In this document: positions 33,815 through 43,009 of the stretch, one piece after another
Numbering within the stretch: the stretch's first letter is position 1
How the letters are laid out: every line of letters begins with the position of its first letter
Assembly (NCBI GenBank): GCA_963849885.1
Contig: CAWKIV010000019.1
Span: 7,517 to 71,516, forward strand
Direction of reading: 5' to 3'
DNA length: 64,000 bases
Origin: an uncultured Actinomycetota bacterium
GTDB taxonomy: Bacteria > Actinomycetota > Actinomycetes > Mycobacteriales > CADCTP01
Made by a program: the position numbers and the translations under genes
Notes under the pieces: generated by a model
The model's database searches: none
The model's input: the letters and a program-made list of their open reading frames with translations, nothing else
What the model was told of the DNA's origin: nothing

Positions 33815-35242
33815 GTGACGGAAGGGGTCCAGGTGCACCGGCGGGAGCCGCCGGCGGTGCTCGACTCCGGCGGCCGGGGCTTCGCCTCGGTCCGGGAGGC
33901 CGGCATCCCGCGGGCGGAGCGGTACGCGCTGGGCAAGGCCCTGCGCAAGAAGGTGCCGCGCTCGACGCTGGGGGAGTGGACCGCGCCGCCGGGCCGCCGG
34001 GACCCGGTCGAGCAGGTCGTGGAGGCGCACGCCGGCCGGTTGGACCGGCTCATCCCGGTGCGGATCGGCCGGATGGCCGCGTCGCCGTACGCGTTCCTCC
34101 GCGGCACCGCCGGCATCATGGCGGCCGACTTCGCCGGGTTGCCGGCCACCGGGATCCGCCCGGTCATCTGCGGCGACGCGCACCTGGGCAACTTCGGCTT
34201 CTACGCCTCGCCGGAGCGGGACCTGGTCTTCGACCTCAACGACTTCGACGAGGCCCACCCCGGGGCCTGGGAGTGGGACCTGCGCCGGCTGGTGACCAGC
34301 GTCTGGGTGGCCGGCCGGCAGAACTCGTCCACTGAGGACGACTGCGCGGCCGCGGTGACCCGCTGCGTGCAGGCATACCGGAAGCAGCTGCGGCACCTGG
34401 CCGAGGAGCCGCTGCTGGCCCGGTCGTTCGAGCGGCTCGACGTCGACCAGCTCGGCTCGGGTGCCAGCCCGGCCCTGCGCAAGGAGGTCGAGCGGGCCGC
34501 GCGGCGGGCCCGGCGGCGCACCAGCGACCGCGCGCTGCCGCGCTTCACCGAGGTCCGCGACGGCCGGCGGTGGATCGTCGAGGAGCCGCCGCTGATCACC
34601 CGGCCGTCGCCTGTGGACGCCGAGCTGCTGGCTTGCGGGATCGACGACTACCTGCGCACGCTGCCGCCGCACTGGACCCGCATCGTCGGCGGCTACACGC
34701 TGGTCGACCTGGCCCACAAGGTGGTCGGCGTCGGCTCGGTCGGGCTGCGGGCGTACGTCGCGCTGCTGACCGGCAGCAGCCCCGACGACGTGCTCTTCCT
34801 GCAGCTCAAGCAGGCCCGCCGGTCGGTCCTGGGCCCGTACGTGCACGGCGAGCAGGCCTGGCACGCGCACCAGGGCCAGCGGGTGGTGGAGTACCAGCAG
34901 GCGCTGCAGACGGTCAGCGACCCGCTGCTCGGCTGGACCACGGTCGGCGACCACCAGTACTACGTGCGCCAGTTCCGGGACATGAAGGGCGCCATCACCG
35001 TCGACGGCATCGACGCGGACGCGCTGGCCGACTACGCCGGGGTGTGCGGGTCGCTGCTGGCCAAGGGCCACGCCCGGACCAGCGGGGCGTCGATGATCGC
35101 CGGCTACCTCGGGTCCGGCGGCGTGGTGGACGACGCGCTCTGCCGCTTCGCCCGGGCGTACGCGGACCAGACCGAGGCCGACCACGCCGCGCTGCTCGCC
35201 GCGGTCGAGCGCGGCACCCTCCCGGTCGACCGCGAGCACTGA
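33815..35242 (+). CDS. DUF2252 domain-containing protein
   Basis: GTG 33815 lies within ORF 33266..35242. SPYAFLRGTAGIMAADF...CGDAHLGNFG...VFDLNDFDE...WEWDLRRL is the DUF2252 pattern. Confidence 0.8.
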   Translation: MTEGVQVHRREPPAVLDSGGRGFASVREAGIPRAERYALGKALRKKVPRSTLGEWTAPPGRRDPVEQVVEAHAGRLDRLIPVRIGRMAASPYAFLRGTAGIMAADFAGLPATGIRPVICGDAHLGNFGFYASPERDLVFDLNDFDEAHPGAWEWDLRRLVTSVWVAGRQNSSTEDDCAAAVTRCVQAYRKQLRHLAEEPLLARSFERLDVDQLGSGASPALRKEVERAARRARRRTSDRALPRFTEVRDGRRWIVEEPPLITRPSPVDAELLACGIDDYLRTLPPHWTRIVGGYTLVDLAHKVVGVGSVGLRAYVALLTGSSPDDVLFLQLKQARRSVLGPYVHGEQAWHAHQGQRVVEYQQALQTVSDPLLGWTTVGDHQYYVRQFRDMKGAITVDGIDADALADYAGVCGSLLAKGHARTSGASMIAGYLGSGGVVDDALCRFARAYADQTEADHAALLAAVERGTLPVDREH

Positions 35243-35257
35243 GACCTCCCGCCGGCA

Positions 35258-35296
35258 CCGGGGCCCGGCCGTCCACATCGGACGGCCGGGCCCCGG
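35258..35296. terminator. bidirectional hairpin between convergent genes
   Basis: CCGGGGCCCGGCCGTCC-acatc-GGACGGCCGGGCCCCGG: a perfect 17-bp stem. Confidence 0.65.
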
Positions 35297-35305
35297 CGCG
35301 TACGC

Positions 35306-35830
35306 TCAGTACTCCCAGCTCGCGTACTCCGGCACGCTCTTCTTCATGTCGTCGTAGAGCAGCACCATGCGGTCGATGTACCAGGCCTTGGCGGTCTGGG
35401 TCAGGCCCAGCGCGACGACCGTCGCCAGCGGATCCAGCACCACCAGGGCCCAGGCGAGCAGCAGGACCCCGATCCCGGCGATGCTGTTGGCGACGTTCGG
35501 CACCGGGCCGCGGAACTGCTCCGGGATGGGCACGGTGGCCCGCTCCGAGTAGACCCGCTCGCCGAAGACGCCCTTCGACGCCCAGTTGCGGGTCGAGGCC
35601 GGCGGGCGGAACAGCAGCGGGTTGACGAACAGGAACACCGTCACCAGCGCCACCGGGACCAGGCACCACCAGCCGATCCAGTCCCGGCTCCAGAACGCGA
35701 GCGCGTACAGCGGCAGCACCGCGAAGCGGGTCCACACGCTGGCCGGGTTGGCGTGCCGGGTCCAGCTGTCGCCCTTCAGGCCGAAGACGCGGGCGATCCG
35801 GGCCTCCATCGACGGCCGCGGCGCGCTCAT
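35306..35830 (-). CDS. DUF6653-like membrane protein
   Basis: ATG 35830 lies within ORF 35306..37228 and overlaps the upstream stop (ATGA). RHANPASVWTRFAVLPLYALAFWSRDWIGWW...NWASKGVFGERV resembles DUF6653. Confidence 0.65.
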   Translation of the reverse strand: MSAPRPSMEARIARVFGLKGDSWTRHANPASVWTRFAVLPLYALAFWSRDWIGWWCLVPVALVTVFLFVNPLLFRPPASTRNWASKGVFGERVYSERATVPIPEQFRGPVPNVANSIAGIGVLLLAWALVVLDPLATVVALGLTQTAKAWYIDRMVLLYDDMKKSVPEYASWEY

Positions 35831-37377
35831 TCGACGGGCCCGGCGTGCTCGGGGTCGAACGGCAGCCGGTCGGACCGGCACACCGTCCCGCTCCGCGGGA
35901 CGACCACGTCGACGAGGTAGCGGCCGATCGTCCGCTGCACGCACGCGCTCGGGTCGGCCAGCGTCAGGTGCCCGTAGCCGTCGTGCACGAGCAGCGACGC
36001 GTTGCCCAGCCGGTGCGCGACCCGGCGGGCCGCGGCCAGCGGGGTGTTCGGGTCGAGCCTGGTGCCGACGACGAGGATCGGGTCGCGGGTCGTCACGTCC
36101 CAGGGCCCGGTGGCCGGGTGCGCCGCGCGGGCCGGCCAGGACGCGCACGGTGCGCCGATCTGCCAGCCCATGGTCGGGCCGCCGATCCGGCTGACCCGCT
36201 CCAGCCGGTCGACCACCCGCGGCCAGTCCGCGGCGTCCTGCCGGGCGACCGCGTCGATGCAGGTGAACGCGGCCGACTGCTCCTGGCCGGCGCGGAAGGG
36301 GTCGGAGCGCAGCACGGTGGCGAAGTCCTCGACCGCCGAGCCGTCGCCCTGGATGGCCAGCTCCAGCAGCTGGGCCGCCAGCGGCCAGCGCCCCGGCCGC
36401 GGCAGCGCGGCCAGCTTGAGCACCGCCAACGCCTCGCCGTACGTCAGCTCGCCGGGCGGGGTCGCGTTCGGCGCGGGCAGCGGGGCACGGCGCAGCCGGG
36501 CCAGCAGCCCGTCCACCCGCGGGCGGACCGGGCCGTGTCCGGCCAGCGCGCACCGCTGCGGACCGGCGTCCTCGCACAGCCGGGTGAACTCGGTGTACAG
36601 CTCGTCGACGTCGCGCAGCCCGTCCGCGAGCGCGGCCGCCGTCCCCCGCTCGTATGCGAGCGGGTCGACCACGCCGTCGAAGACCATGGCCCGCACCTTG
36701 TGCGGGAAGAGCGCCGCGTAGGTCTGGCCGAGCAGCGTCCCGTTGGACTCGCCGAGGAAGGTCAGCTTCGGGTCGCCGACGGCCCGGCGCAGGTGCTCGA
36801 GGTCGCGGGCCATGTCCAGGATGGACAGGTGCCGCAGCAGCGCGCCGTTGCGCTCGCCGCAGCGGCGGGCCAGCCCGACGGTCAGCGGCAGGTAGCGCCG
36901 CTCCTCGGCCCGGTTGCCCGGCAGCGTCGCGTCGCCCCAGAAGGCGGCCCGCTGCTCCGGCCCGGCGAAGCAGCTCACCGCCGGGGTGCTGCCGTTGCTG
37001 CCGCGCGGGTCCCAGCCGACCACGTCGAAGCGGCCGCCGGTCAGCGCGTCCAGCGCGGCGCCGCGCTGGAAGACGGTGGACACCCCGGAGTCGCCCGGGC
37101 CACCGGGGTTGACCAGCAGGGAGCCGATCCGGTGGGCCGGGTCGGTGGCCCGGTGCCGGGCGACGGCCAGGCTGATCCTGGTGCCGTACGGCCGGGACCA
37201 GTCCAGCGGCACGGCCACGGTGGCGCACTCGATGCGCTCGCCGCAGGCGGTCCAGGCGATCGGCGCGGTGGCCGGTGCGGCCGGCGTCCTTGCGGCCGGC
37301 GCGGCGGCGGCCACCGCCGGCGCGGTCAGCGCGGCCGCGGCCGTGCCGGCCGCCAGCAGCGCGAGTCGTCGTCTCAC
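35827..37377 (-). CDS. secreted alpha/beta hydrolase, tripeptidyl-aminopeptidase-like (S33)
   Basis: 516-aa ORF. Signal peptide with Ala-rich cleavage region, LLVNPGGPG, the nucleophile motif GESNGT, and the C-terminal TAP-like domain (VHDGYGH). Confidence 0.88.
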   Translation of the reverse strand: MRRRLALLAAGTAAAALTAPAVAAAAPAARTPAAPATAPIAWTACGERIECATVAVPLDWSRPYGTRISLAVARHRATDPAHRIGSLLVNPGGPGDSGVSTVFQRGAALDALTGGRFDVVGWDPRGSNGSTPAVSCFAGPEQRAAFWGDATLPGNRAEERRYLPLTVGLARRCGERNGALLRHLSILDMARDLEHLRRAVGDPKLTFLGESNGTLLGQTYAALFPHKVRAMVFDGVVDPLAYERGTAAALADGLRDVDELYTEFTRLCEDAGPQRCALAGHGPVRPRVDGLLARLRRAPLPAPNATPPGELTYGEALAVLKLAALPRPGRWPLAAQLLELAIQGDGSAVEDFATVLRSDPFRAGQEQSAAFTCIDAVARQDAADWPRVVDRLERVSRIGGPTMGWQIGAPCASWPARAAHPATGPWDVTTRDPILVVGTRLDPNTPLAAARRVAHRLGNASLLVHDGYGHLTLADPSACVQRTIGRYLVDVVVPRSGTVCRSDRLPFDPEHAGPVE

Positions 37378-37610
37378 GGGTTCCTCCCGGGGTGCGGCTC
37401 GCCGTCCACCAGGACGGCGAGGACGTCGCCGCCGCTGTCCCAGACCAGGGTCAGCAGGGCGCGCAGGGCGGGTTGGTCGATGACGGTGCCGGTGAGCACG
37501 GTCCGGTCCGGGTCGCGGCGGACCTCGACCTCACCGAACCGGCTGCGGATCTGGTCCAGCACGAGCCGCGGCGGCCGGCTGGCTGTGTGCAGCTCGTAGT
37601 GGGCCGTCAC
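37374..37610 (-). CDS. small conserved actinobacterial protein (about 78 aa, function unknown)
   Basis: GTG 37610 overlaps the upstream stop (GTGA), and its own stop overlaps the hydrolase GTG (GTGA). VTAHYEL...RTVLTGTVIDQPALRALLTLVWDSGGDVLAV matches a recurrent small-protein pattern (TAHYEL ... L.G.V.DQ.AL.G.L). Confidence 0.6.
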   Translation of the reverse strand: MTAHYELHTASRPPRLVLDQIRSRFGEVEVRRDPDRTVLTGTVIDQPALRALLTLVWDSGGDVLAVLVDGEPHPGRNP

Positions 37611-37933
37611 GGCACCCTCGCCGGTTGCGGCCGCTGGGCCGGCGGCTTGGTGTACGCGGTGAAGGCCGCCGCGGTGAGGCAGCCGAGCAGGGTGAGCTGG
37701 CGGTCGAGCGCGGCGTCGCTGGCCAGCGGCGGACCGGCGTCGACGTCCACGTCGCTGACGCTGACCGCCCGGCCGGCGCTGCTGACCACGTGCTCGTCGG
37801 TGCGGTAGAAGCCGTCCGCGTCGCGGCGGGTCTGCTGCGCCCACAGCAGCGCCGCGCCGGCGACGAGGAGCGGCAGCCCGACGAGCGCCGCCACGATCGC
37901 GGCGGCGATCCGGACTCCCTTGTTGGTACCCAT
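37607..37933 (-). CDS. small membrane-anchored protein (108 aa)
   Basis: GGAGGAGGG plus ATG 37933. TM segment IAAAIVAALVGLPLLVAGAALLW followed by AQQTRRDADGFYRTDEH. GC3 is near saturation. Confidence 0.6.
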   Translation of the reverse strand: MGTNKGVRIAAAIVAALVGLPLLVAGAALLWAQQTRRDADGFYRTDEHVVSSAGRAVSVSDVDVDAGPPLASDAALDRQLTLLGCLTAAAFTAYTKPPAQRPQPARVP

Positions 37934-37990
37934 GTCCCGCCCTCCTCCGGCCGCCCGCGGCGGGCGGCCCGGTGCGCACCGTCCCGCCCA

Positions 37991-38015
37991 CCCGGGTGGT
38001 GGCGCACCACCCGGG
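37991..38015. promoter_or_regulatory. 25-bp palindrome centred in the divergent promoter region
   Basis: CCCGGGTGGTG-gcg-CACCACCCGGG has perfect 11-bp arms. It lies about 60-80 nt from both the operon start (37933, -) and the regulator start (38075, +). A CCACCCGGGG half-site recurs at 38024-38033. Confidence 0.35.
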
Positions 38016-38074
38016 CCCTCTTCCACCCGGGGTTACGCTTCGTCCAGTCCAGTCAGCAGAGAGCGGGAGCGGGG

Positions 38075-40351
38075 ATGGCCGGGCGCGGCGAAGCTGCCTC
38101 GGCGCCGCTGCTCGCCGCCAAGCGGACGGTCCCGCCGCGCCGTCCCGGCCTGGTGCCGCGCCGCCGGCTGCTGGAGCGGCTGGCCGCGGCGGAGACCCGG
38201 CTGGTCGCCGTGGTCGCGCCGGCCGGCTGGGGGAAGACCACGCTGCTCGCCGAGTGGGTGCAGGACCCGGTGGAGCCCCGCCCGGTCGCCTGGGTGTCGC
38301 TGGACGAAGCGGACGACGAGCCCGGCCGGTTCTGGACCTACGTGCTGACCGCGCTGCAGGCGACGGTGCCCGCGGTCGGGCCGGCGCCGCTGGCCGCGCT
38401 CACCGCGCCCGGCCTGGCGCCGGTGGACCTGGCCCTGCCCACCCTCCTCAACGAGCTGGAGGCGGCCGGCGACATCCAGCACCTGCTGGTCCTCGACGAC
38501 TACCACGCGCTCACCGACCCGCGGATCCACGAGGGCGTCGAGTTCGTCCTGTCGTACCTGCCGCCGGCGCTGCGGCTGGTGATCGCCGGTCGCGCCGACC
38601 CGCCGCTCCCGCTGGCCCGGCTGCGCGCCCGTGGCGAGCTGACCGACATCCGCGCCAGCGACCTGCGCTTCACCGACGCCGAGGCGGCCGCGCTGGTCAG
38701 CGCGGTGGGCGGGATCGAGGTGGACGCGGACGCGATGGACGCGCTGCGCGAGCGGACCGAAGGTTGGGCCGCCGGTCTGCAGCTGGCCGCGCTGTCGGTG
38801 CGGGGGAGCGCGGCACCGGCGGCCGCGGCCGCCGCGATCCGCGGCGACGACCGGCACGTGCTCGACTACTTCTCCGCCGAGGTGCTGGACCGGCTGCCGG
38901 CCGACCACCGCGACCTGCTGGTCCGGGCCTCCGTGCTGGAGCGGCTGTCCGGGCCGCTGTGCGACGCCGCGCTGGACCGGACCGGGTCGGCGCGGGTGCT
39001 GGCCGAGCTCGACCGGGCCGACCTCTTCGTGGTGCCGCTGGACGAGCGGCACGAGTGGTATCGCTGCCACCACCTCTTCAGGGACGCGCTGCGCCGCGAG
39101 CTGGAGCTGTCCGCGCCGGCCGAGCAGGCCTCGGTGCTGGCCCGGGCCGCCCGCTGGCACCTGGCCCAGGGCTACGTGGAGGAGTCGGTCCGCCTCCACC
39201 TCGCCGCCGGCGAGCGGGCGGCCGCGGTGCAGCTGCTGCGGGCGTCGTCGCGGGAGTTCGTGCTGCGCGGCGCGGTGTCGACGTACCTGCAGCTCGGCGA
39301 CCTGGCCGGCCCCTGGGTCACCGACCCGCAGCTGTGCCTCAGCCTCGCCTTCGCGGCCTCGCTCAGCGGCAACTGGGAGCGGCTGCCGGTGTGGCTCGGC
39401 GAGGTCGAGGCGCGGATGACGGACGACAGCCCGCCGCTGGACGGCTGGCGCAGCCTGCGGGCGGCGCTGCTCGCCACCCGGGCCGGCTACTGCTACCCGG
39501 CCAGCGCGGACGCGCCGGCCGCGCTGGCCGACGCGGAGGCCGCCGTCGCGCTGGAGCCGGACCCGGCCGACGCCGGCTTCGTGGTGACCCGGGCCGCGCT
39601 GGGAGCCGTGCTCAACGACGCGGACCGGCCCGCCGACGCGCTCGGCCCGCTCGCCGCGGCCTGGACGGCCCCGGCGCTGCCCACGGTGCTGCCGCTGGTG
39701 CTGCTGCAGGCCGCGGGACAGTACGCGATGGCGTTGCTGCGGGAGGGCCGGCCGGAGGAGGCCCAGCAGGTCTGCCGGCACGCCGCGCCGGCCGCCGAGG
39801 CCGTCGAGCGCGCCTGGGGGGAGGGCGCCGGGGCGATGGCCGCCCGGCTGCGCACGGTCGAGGGCCGGCTCGCGCACCGGGCCGGCGACCTGACCGCGGC
39901 GGTGGCCACGCTGGAGCGGGCGGCCCGGATGGCTCGGGTGTGGGGGGAGGGCACCTACCTCATCGACGCGCTGGTCGCGCTGGCCGAGGCGCGGCTGGCC
40001 GCCGGCGACGCCGAGGGCGCCCGCCGGGCCCTGAGCGTGGCCCGGGAGACCGCGGAGGCCGACGAGGTCCGGCTGGTCGCCGTCCGGGCCCTGACCGAAG
40101 CCGAGTCGCGGGCCGGTCGGGGCGCCGCCCGGGCCGCCCGCCGGGCCGGGCGGCTGGTCGAGGAGCTGACCGACCGGGAGCTGGCGGTGCTCCGGATGCT
40201 GCCCGGGCCCGCCACCCAGCGGGAGATCGGCAGCGCACTCTTCCTGTCGCTGAACACCGTGAAGGGCTACACCAAGAGCCTCTACCGCAAGCTGGACGTG
40301 CCCACCCGGGCCGCCGCCGTCGACCGCGCCCGCGACCTCGGCCTCATCTGA
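38075..40351 (+). CDS. large ATP-binding LuxR-family regulator (MalT/LAL type)
   Basis: ATG 38075 lies within ORF 37625..40351. It has Walker A VVAPAGWGKTTLL, a long helical/TPP-unrelated TPR-like middle region, and the C-terminal LuxR HTH LTDRELAVLRMLPGPATQREIGSALFLSLNTVKGYTKSLYRKL. Confidence 0.9.
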   Translation: MAGRGEAASAPLLAAKRTVPPRRPGLVPRRRLLERLAAAETRLVAVVAPAGWGKTTLLAEWVQDPVEPRPVAWVSLDEADDEPGRFWTYVLTALQATVPAVGPAPLAALTAPGLAPVDLALPTLLNELEAAGDIQHLLVLDDYHALTDPRIHEGVEFVLSYLPPALRLVIAGRADPPLPLARLRARGELTDIRASDLRFTDAEAAALVSAVGGIEVDADAMDALRERTEGWAAGLQLAALSVRGSAAPAAAAAAIRGDDRHVLDYFSAEVLDRLPADHRDLLVRASVLERLSGPLCDAALDRTGSARVLAELDRADLFVVPLDERHEWYRCHHLFRDALRRELELSAPAEQASVLARAARWHLAQGYVEESVRLHLAAGERAAAVQLLRASSREFVLRGAVSTYLQLGDLAGPWVTDPQLCLSLAFAASLSGNWERLPVWLGEVEARMTDDSPPLDGWRSLRAALLATRAGYCYPASADAPAALADAEAAVALEPDPADAGFVVTRAALGAVLNDADRPADALGPLAAAWTAPALPTVLPLVLLQAAGQYAMALLREGRPEEAQQVCRHAAPAAEAVERAWGEGAGAMAARLRTVEGRLAHRAGDLTAAVATLERAARMARVWGEGTYLIDALVALAEARLAAGDAEGARRALSVARETAEADEVRLVAVRALTEAESRAGRGAARAARRAGRLVEELTDRELAVLRMLPGPATQREIGSALFLSLNTVKGYTKSLYRKLDVPTRAAAVDRARDLGLI

Positions 40352-40354
40352 AGG

Positions 40355-41434
40355 TCACTCGGTGGGGTAGGCGAGGGCTTCGCCGGTGATGGTGAGGCGG
40401 ACGGTGGTGCCGGGCTGGGGGAGGGGATGGCCGGCGGTCCGGGCGACGACCTCCGGGCCGCCGACCAGCTCCAGGCGGACGGCGGCGTCGTGGCCGAAGT
40501 AGCTGACGTCGCGGACCTTCGCCTCCACCCCGCCGGAGTCGCCGGAGCCGCCCGGGCCGGCGGAGTCGCCGGAGCCGCCGGCGGGGCCGAGCACGATCTG
40601 CTCGGGGCGCAGCAGCACCTGCGCCGGCCCCTCCACCGGGGCGCCGCCGGCCGCGCGGACCGGCACCGAGCCCAGCGCGCAGGCGGCCCGGCCGTCGTGC
40701 ACCTCGCCCGGCAGCAGCACCGCCTCGCCGACGAAGCGGGCCACCCCGGCGTCCGCCGGCGTCCGGTACACCTCCTCCGGCGGGGACAGCTGCACCAGCC
40801 GGCCGTCCCGCATCACCGCGACCTGGTCGGCCAGCGACAGCGCCTCGGCCTGGTCGTGGGTGACCAGCACCGCGGTCGCGCCGGCCGCGGCCAGGGCCGC
40901 GCCGACCGCCCGCCGGGTGGAGTCCCGCAGCGCCGCGTCCAGCGACGAGAACGGCTCGTCCAGCAGCACTATCGCCGGCCGCGGCGCCAGCGCCCGGGCC
41001 ACCGCGACCCGCTGCTGCTGGCCGCCGGAGAGCTCGTGCGGAGCGCGCGCGGCCAGCGCCGGCTCCAGCCCGACCAGCTCCAGCAGCTCCGCCACCCGCC
41101 CACCGGTACGGTCGCGACGCGACAGTCCGAAAGCGACGTTCGCGGCCACCGACAGGTGCGGGAAGAGCGCGCCCTCCTGCGGCACGTAGCCCACCCGGCG
41201 GTGCTGGGGCGGCCGGGACCGGCCGGCGCCGTACACGGTCTCGGCACCGAGCCGGATCTCCCCGGAGTCGGGGTCGTCGAAGCCGGCGACCAGCCGCAGC
41301 AGCGTGGTCTTGCCGCAGCCGGACGGACCGAGCACGGCGGTGACGGTCCGCTCGGGCACGTGCAGGTCCACTCCGGACAGCACCGGGACCGGGCCGAAGG
41401 AGCGGGTCACCCCGCGCAGGGTGAGCGAGGTCAT
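40355..41434 (-). CDS. ferric-iron-type ABC importer ATP-binding protein (FbpC/AfuC-like)
   Basis: ATG 41434 overlaps the permease stop. GPSGCGKTT, LSGGQQQRVAVARAL, LLDEPFSSLD and a C-terminal TOBE-like region are present. Confidence 0.9.
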   Translation of the reverse strand: MTSLTLRGVTRSFGPVPVLSGVDLHVPERTVTAVLGPSGCGKTTLLRLVAGFDDPDSGEIRLGAETVYGAGRSRPPQHRRVGYVPQEGALFPHLSVAANVAFGLSRRDRTGGRVAELLELVGLEPALAARAPHELSGGQQQRVAVARALAPRPAIVLLDEPFSSLDAALRDSTRRAVGAALAAAGATAVLVTHDQAEALSLADQVAVMRDGRLVQLSPPEEVYRTPADAGVARFVGEAVLLPGEVHDGRAACALGSVPVRAAGGAPVEGPAQVLLRPEQIVLGPAGGSGDSAGPGGSGDSGGVEAKVRDVSYFGHDAAVRLELVGGPEVVARTAGHPLPQPGTTVRLTITGEALAYPTE

Positions 41435-43002
41435 CGGCGGGCCTCCCGGGTGAGCAGCAACGTGGCCGGGGCCGACAGCAGCACCATCATCGCCGCGTAC
41501 GGCGCCGCCGCCCCGTAGGCGAGGCTGTTGCTCTGCTGCCAGAACTCGGTGGCCAGCGTGACCGTGCCGACCGGGGCGAGCAGCAGGGTGGCGGTCAGCT
41601 CGGTGACCACGGCCAGGAAGACCAGCGCGGCCCCGGCGCCCAGGCCGGGCGCGATGAGCGGCAGCGTCACCCGCCGCAGCGTGGCCAGCGGGCCGGCGCC
41701 GAGGCTGTGCGCGACCGAGTCGAGCACCGGCGGCGCCTGGGCCAGCGCGGCCCGGACGGTCACCACCGCCCGCGGCAGGAAGAGGATCACGTAGCCGGCG
41801 ACCAGCAGCGGCACCGTCTGGTAGAGCGGCCGGGCGTACCGGATGGCCAGCGTGACCAGGGCCAGCGCGACCACGATGCCGGGCACCGAGCTGCCCAGGT
41901 AGAGGCTGCGCTCGAGCGCGGTGGCCAGCCGGCCGCGGTGCCGGACCGCGAGCCAGGCGCCGGGCACCGCGAGCAGGGTGGTGACCGCGGCGGCGACCGC
42001 GCCCAGGCTGAGCGAGCTGGCCGTCGCGCCGGCCAGCTCGACCGGGTCGACGCCGGTGGAGGAGCCGGCCAGCAGCCAGTGGACCAGGCTGGCCAGCGGC
42101 ACCAGCAGGGCCAGCCCGAGCAGCGCGCCCAGCCCGGCCAGCGCGCCGGCGATCCCGGCCGGGCCGAGCCGGGCCCGGGACACCGGCCGGGCCGCGCCGC
42201 CGCCGAGCCGGGCGTACCGGGCCCGGCCGCGCAGCCGGACCTCGGCCAGCAGCAGCAGCAGGCAGCACAGCACCAGCACGCCGGCCAGCATGTTCGCCGC
42301 GGTGCTGGTGAACGACGACTCGTACTGGTCGTAGATGGCGGTGGTGAAGGTCGGGTAGCGCAGCAGCTGCAGCGCGCCGAACTCGGCCAGCAGGTGCAGC
42401 GCGACCAGCAGCGCGCCGCCGAGCAGCGCCGGCCGCAGCTGCGGCAGCACCACCCGGGCGAAGGTGCGCCAGCGGCCCAGGCCGAGCGAGTACGCGCTCT
42501 CCTCCAGCCCCGGGTCGAGCCCGCGCAGCGCGGCCGCGGCCGGCAGGAAGACCAGCGGGAAGTAGGACAGCGTCACGATCAGCAGCGCCCCGGCGTACCC
42601 GGTCACCCGGCTGGTCAGCGACACCCAGCCGAAGCTGTTCACGAACGCGGGCACCGCCAGCGGCGCCACCAGCAGCACCGTCCACAGGCGACGGCCGGGC
42701 AGCGTGGTCCGCTCCACCAGCCAGGCCGCCGCGGTGCCGAGCAGCAGGCAGAGCGCGACGCTGCCGGCGACCAGCCGGGCGGTGTTCCAGAGCAGGTCGG
42801 CGGTGCGCTCCCGGAACACCAGCCGGGCCGACTCGGCCCAGCCGGTCTCGATCGTGTAGCCGGCGATGAACCACAGCGGGACCAGCGCCAGCAGGGCGAC
42901 CACGACGGCGACCACGACCAGCGGCGGCGGCGCCGGCGCGCGCCGGCGCCCGGCCGGCGGCGGGGTGCGGGGTCCGGCGCCGGGCCGGGTCAGCAGCGCC
43001 AT
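41431..43002 (-). CDS. ferric-iron-type ABC importer permease (two fused transmembrane domains (TMDs), FbpB/AfuB-like)
   Basis: 523-aa ORF with about 12 hydrophobic segments and duplicated binding-protein-dependent permease motifs. Confidence 0.9.
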   Translation of the reverse strand: MALLTRPGAGPRTPPPAGRRRAPAPPPLVVVAVVVALLALVPLWFIAGYTIETGWAESARLVFRERTADLLWNTARLVAGSVALCLLLGTAAAWLVERTTLPGRRLWTVLLVAPLAVPAFVNSFGWVSLTSRVTGYAGALLIVTLSYFPLVFLPAAAALRGLDPGLEESAYSLGLGRWRTFARVVLPQLRPALLGGALLVALHLLAEFGALQLLRYPTFTTAIYDQYESSFTSTAANMLAGVLVLCCLLLLLAEVRLRGRARYARLGGGAARPVSRARLGPAGIAGALAGLGALLGLALLVPLASLVHWLLAGSSTGVDPVELAGATASSLSLGAVAAAVTTLLAVPGAWLAVRHRGRLATALERSLYLGSSVPGIVVALALVTLAIRYARPLYQTVPLLVAGYVILFLPRAVVTVRAALAQAPPVLDSVAHSLGAGPLATLRRVTLPLIAPGLGAGAALVFLAVVTELTATLLLAPVGTVTLATEFWQQSNSLAYGAAAPYAAMMVLLSAPATLLLTREARR

Positions 43003-43009
43003 GGCCGGC

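Noticed and set aside
37374-38026. Overlapping 205-, 159- and 139-aa minus-strand ORFs
   Set aside because: Only the C-terminal 78 codons of the first and the C-terminal 108 codons of the third have coding character, RBS/start signals and 4-nt coupling. The N-terminal extensions are Arg/Gly-rich and cross the promoter palindrome.
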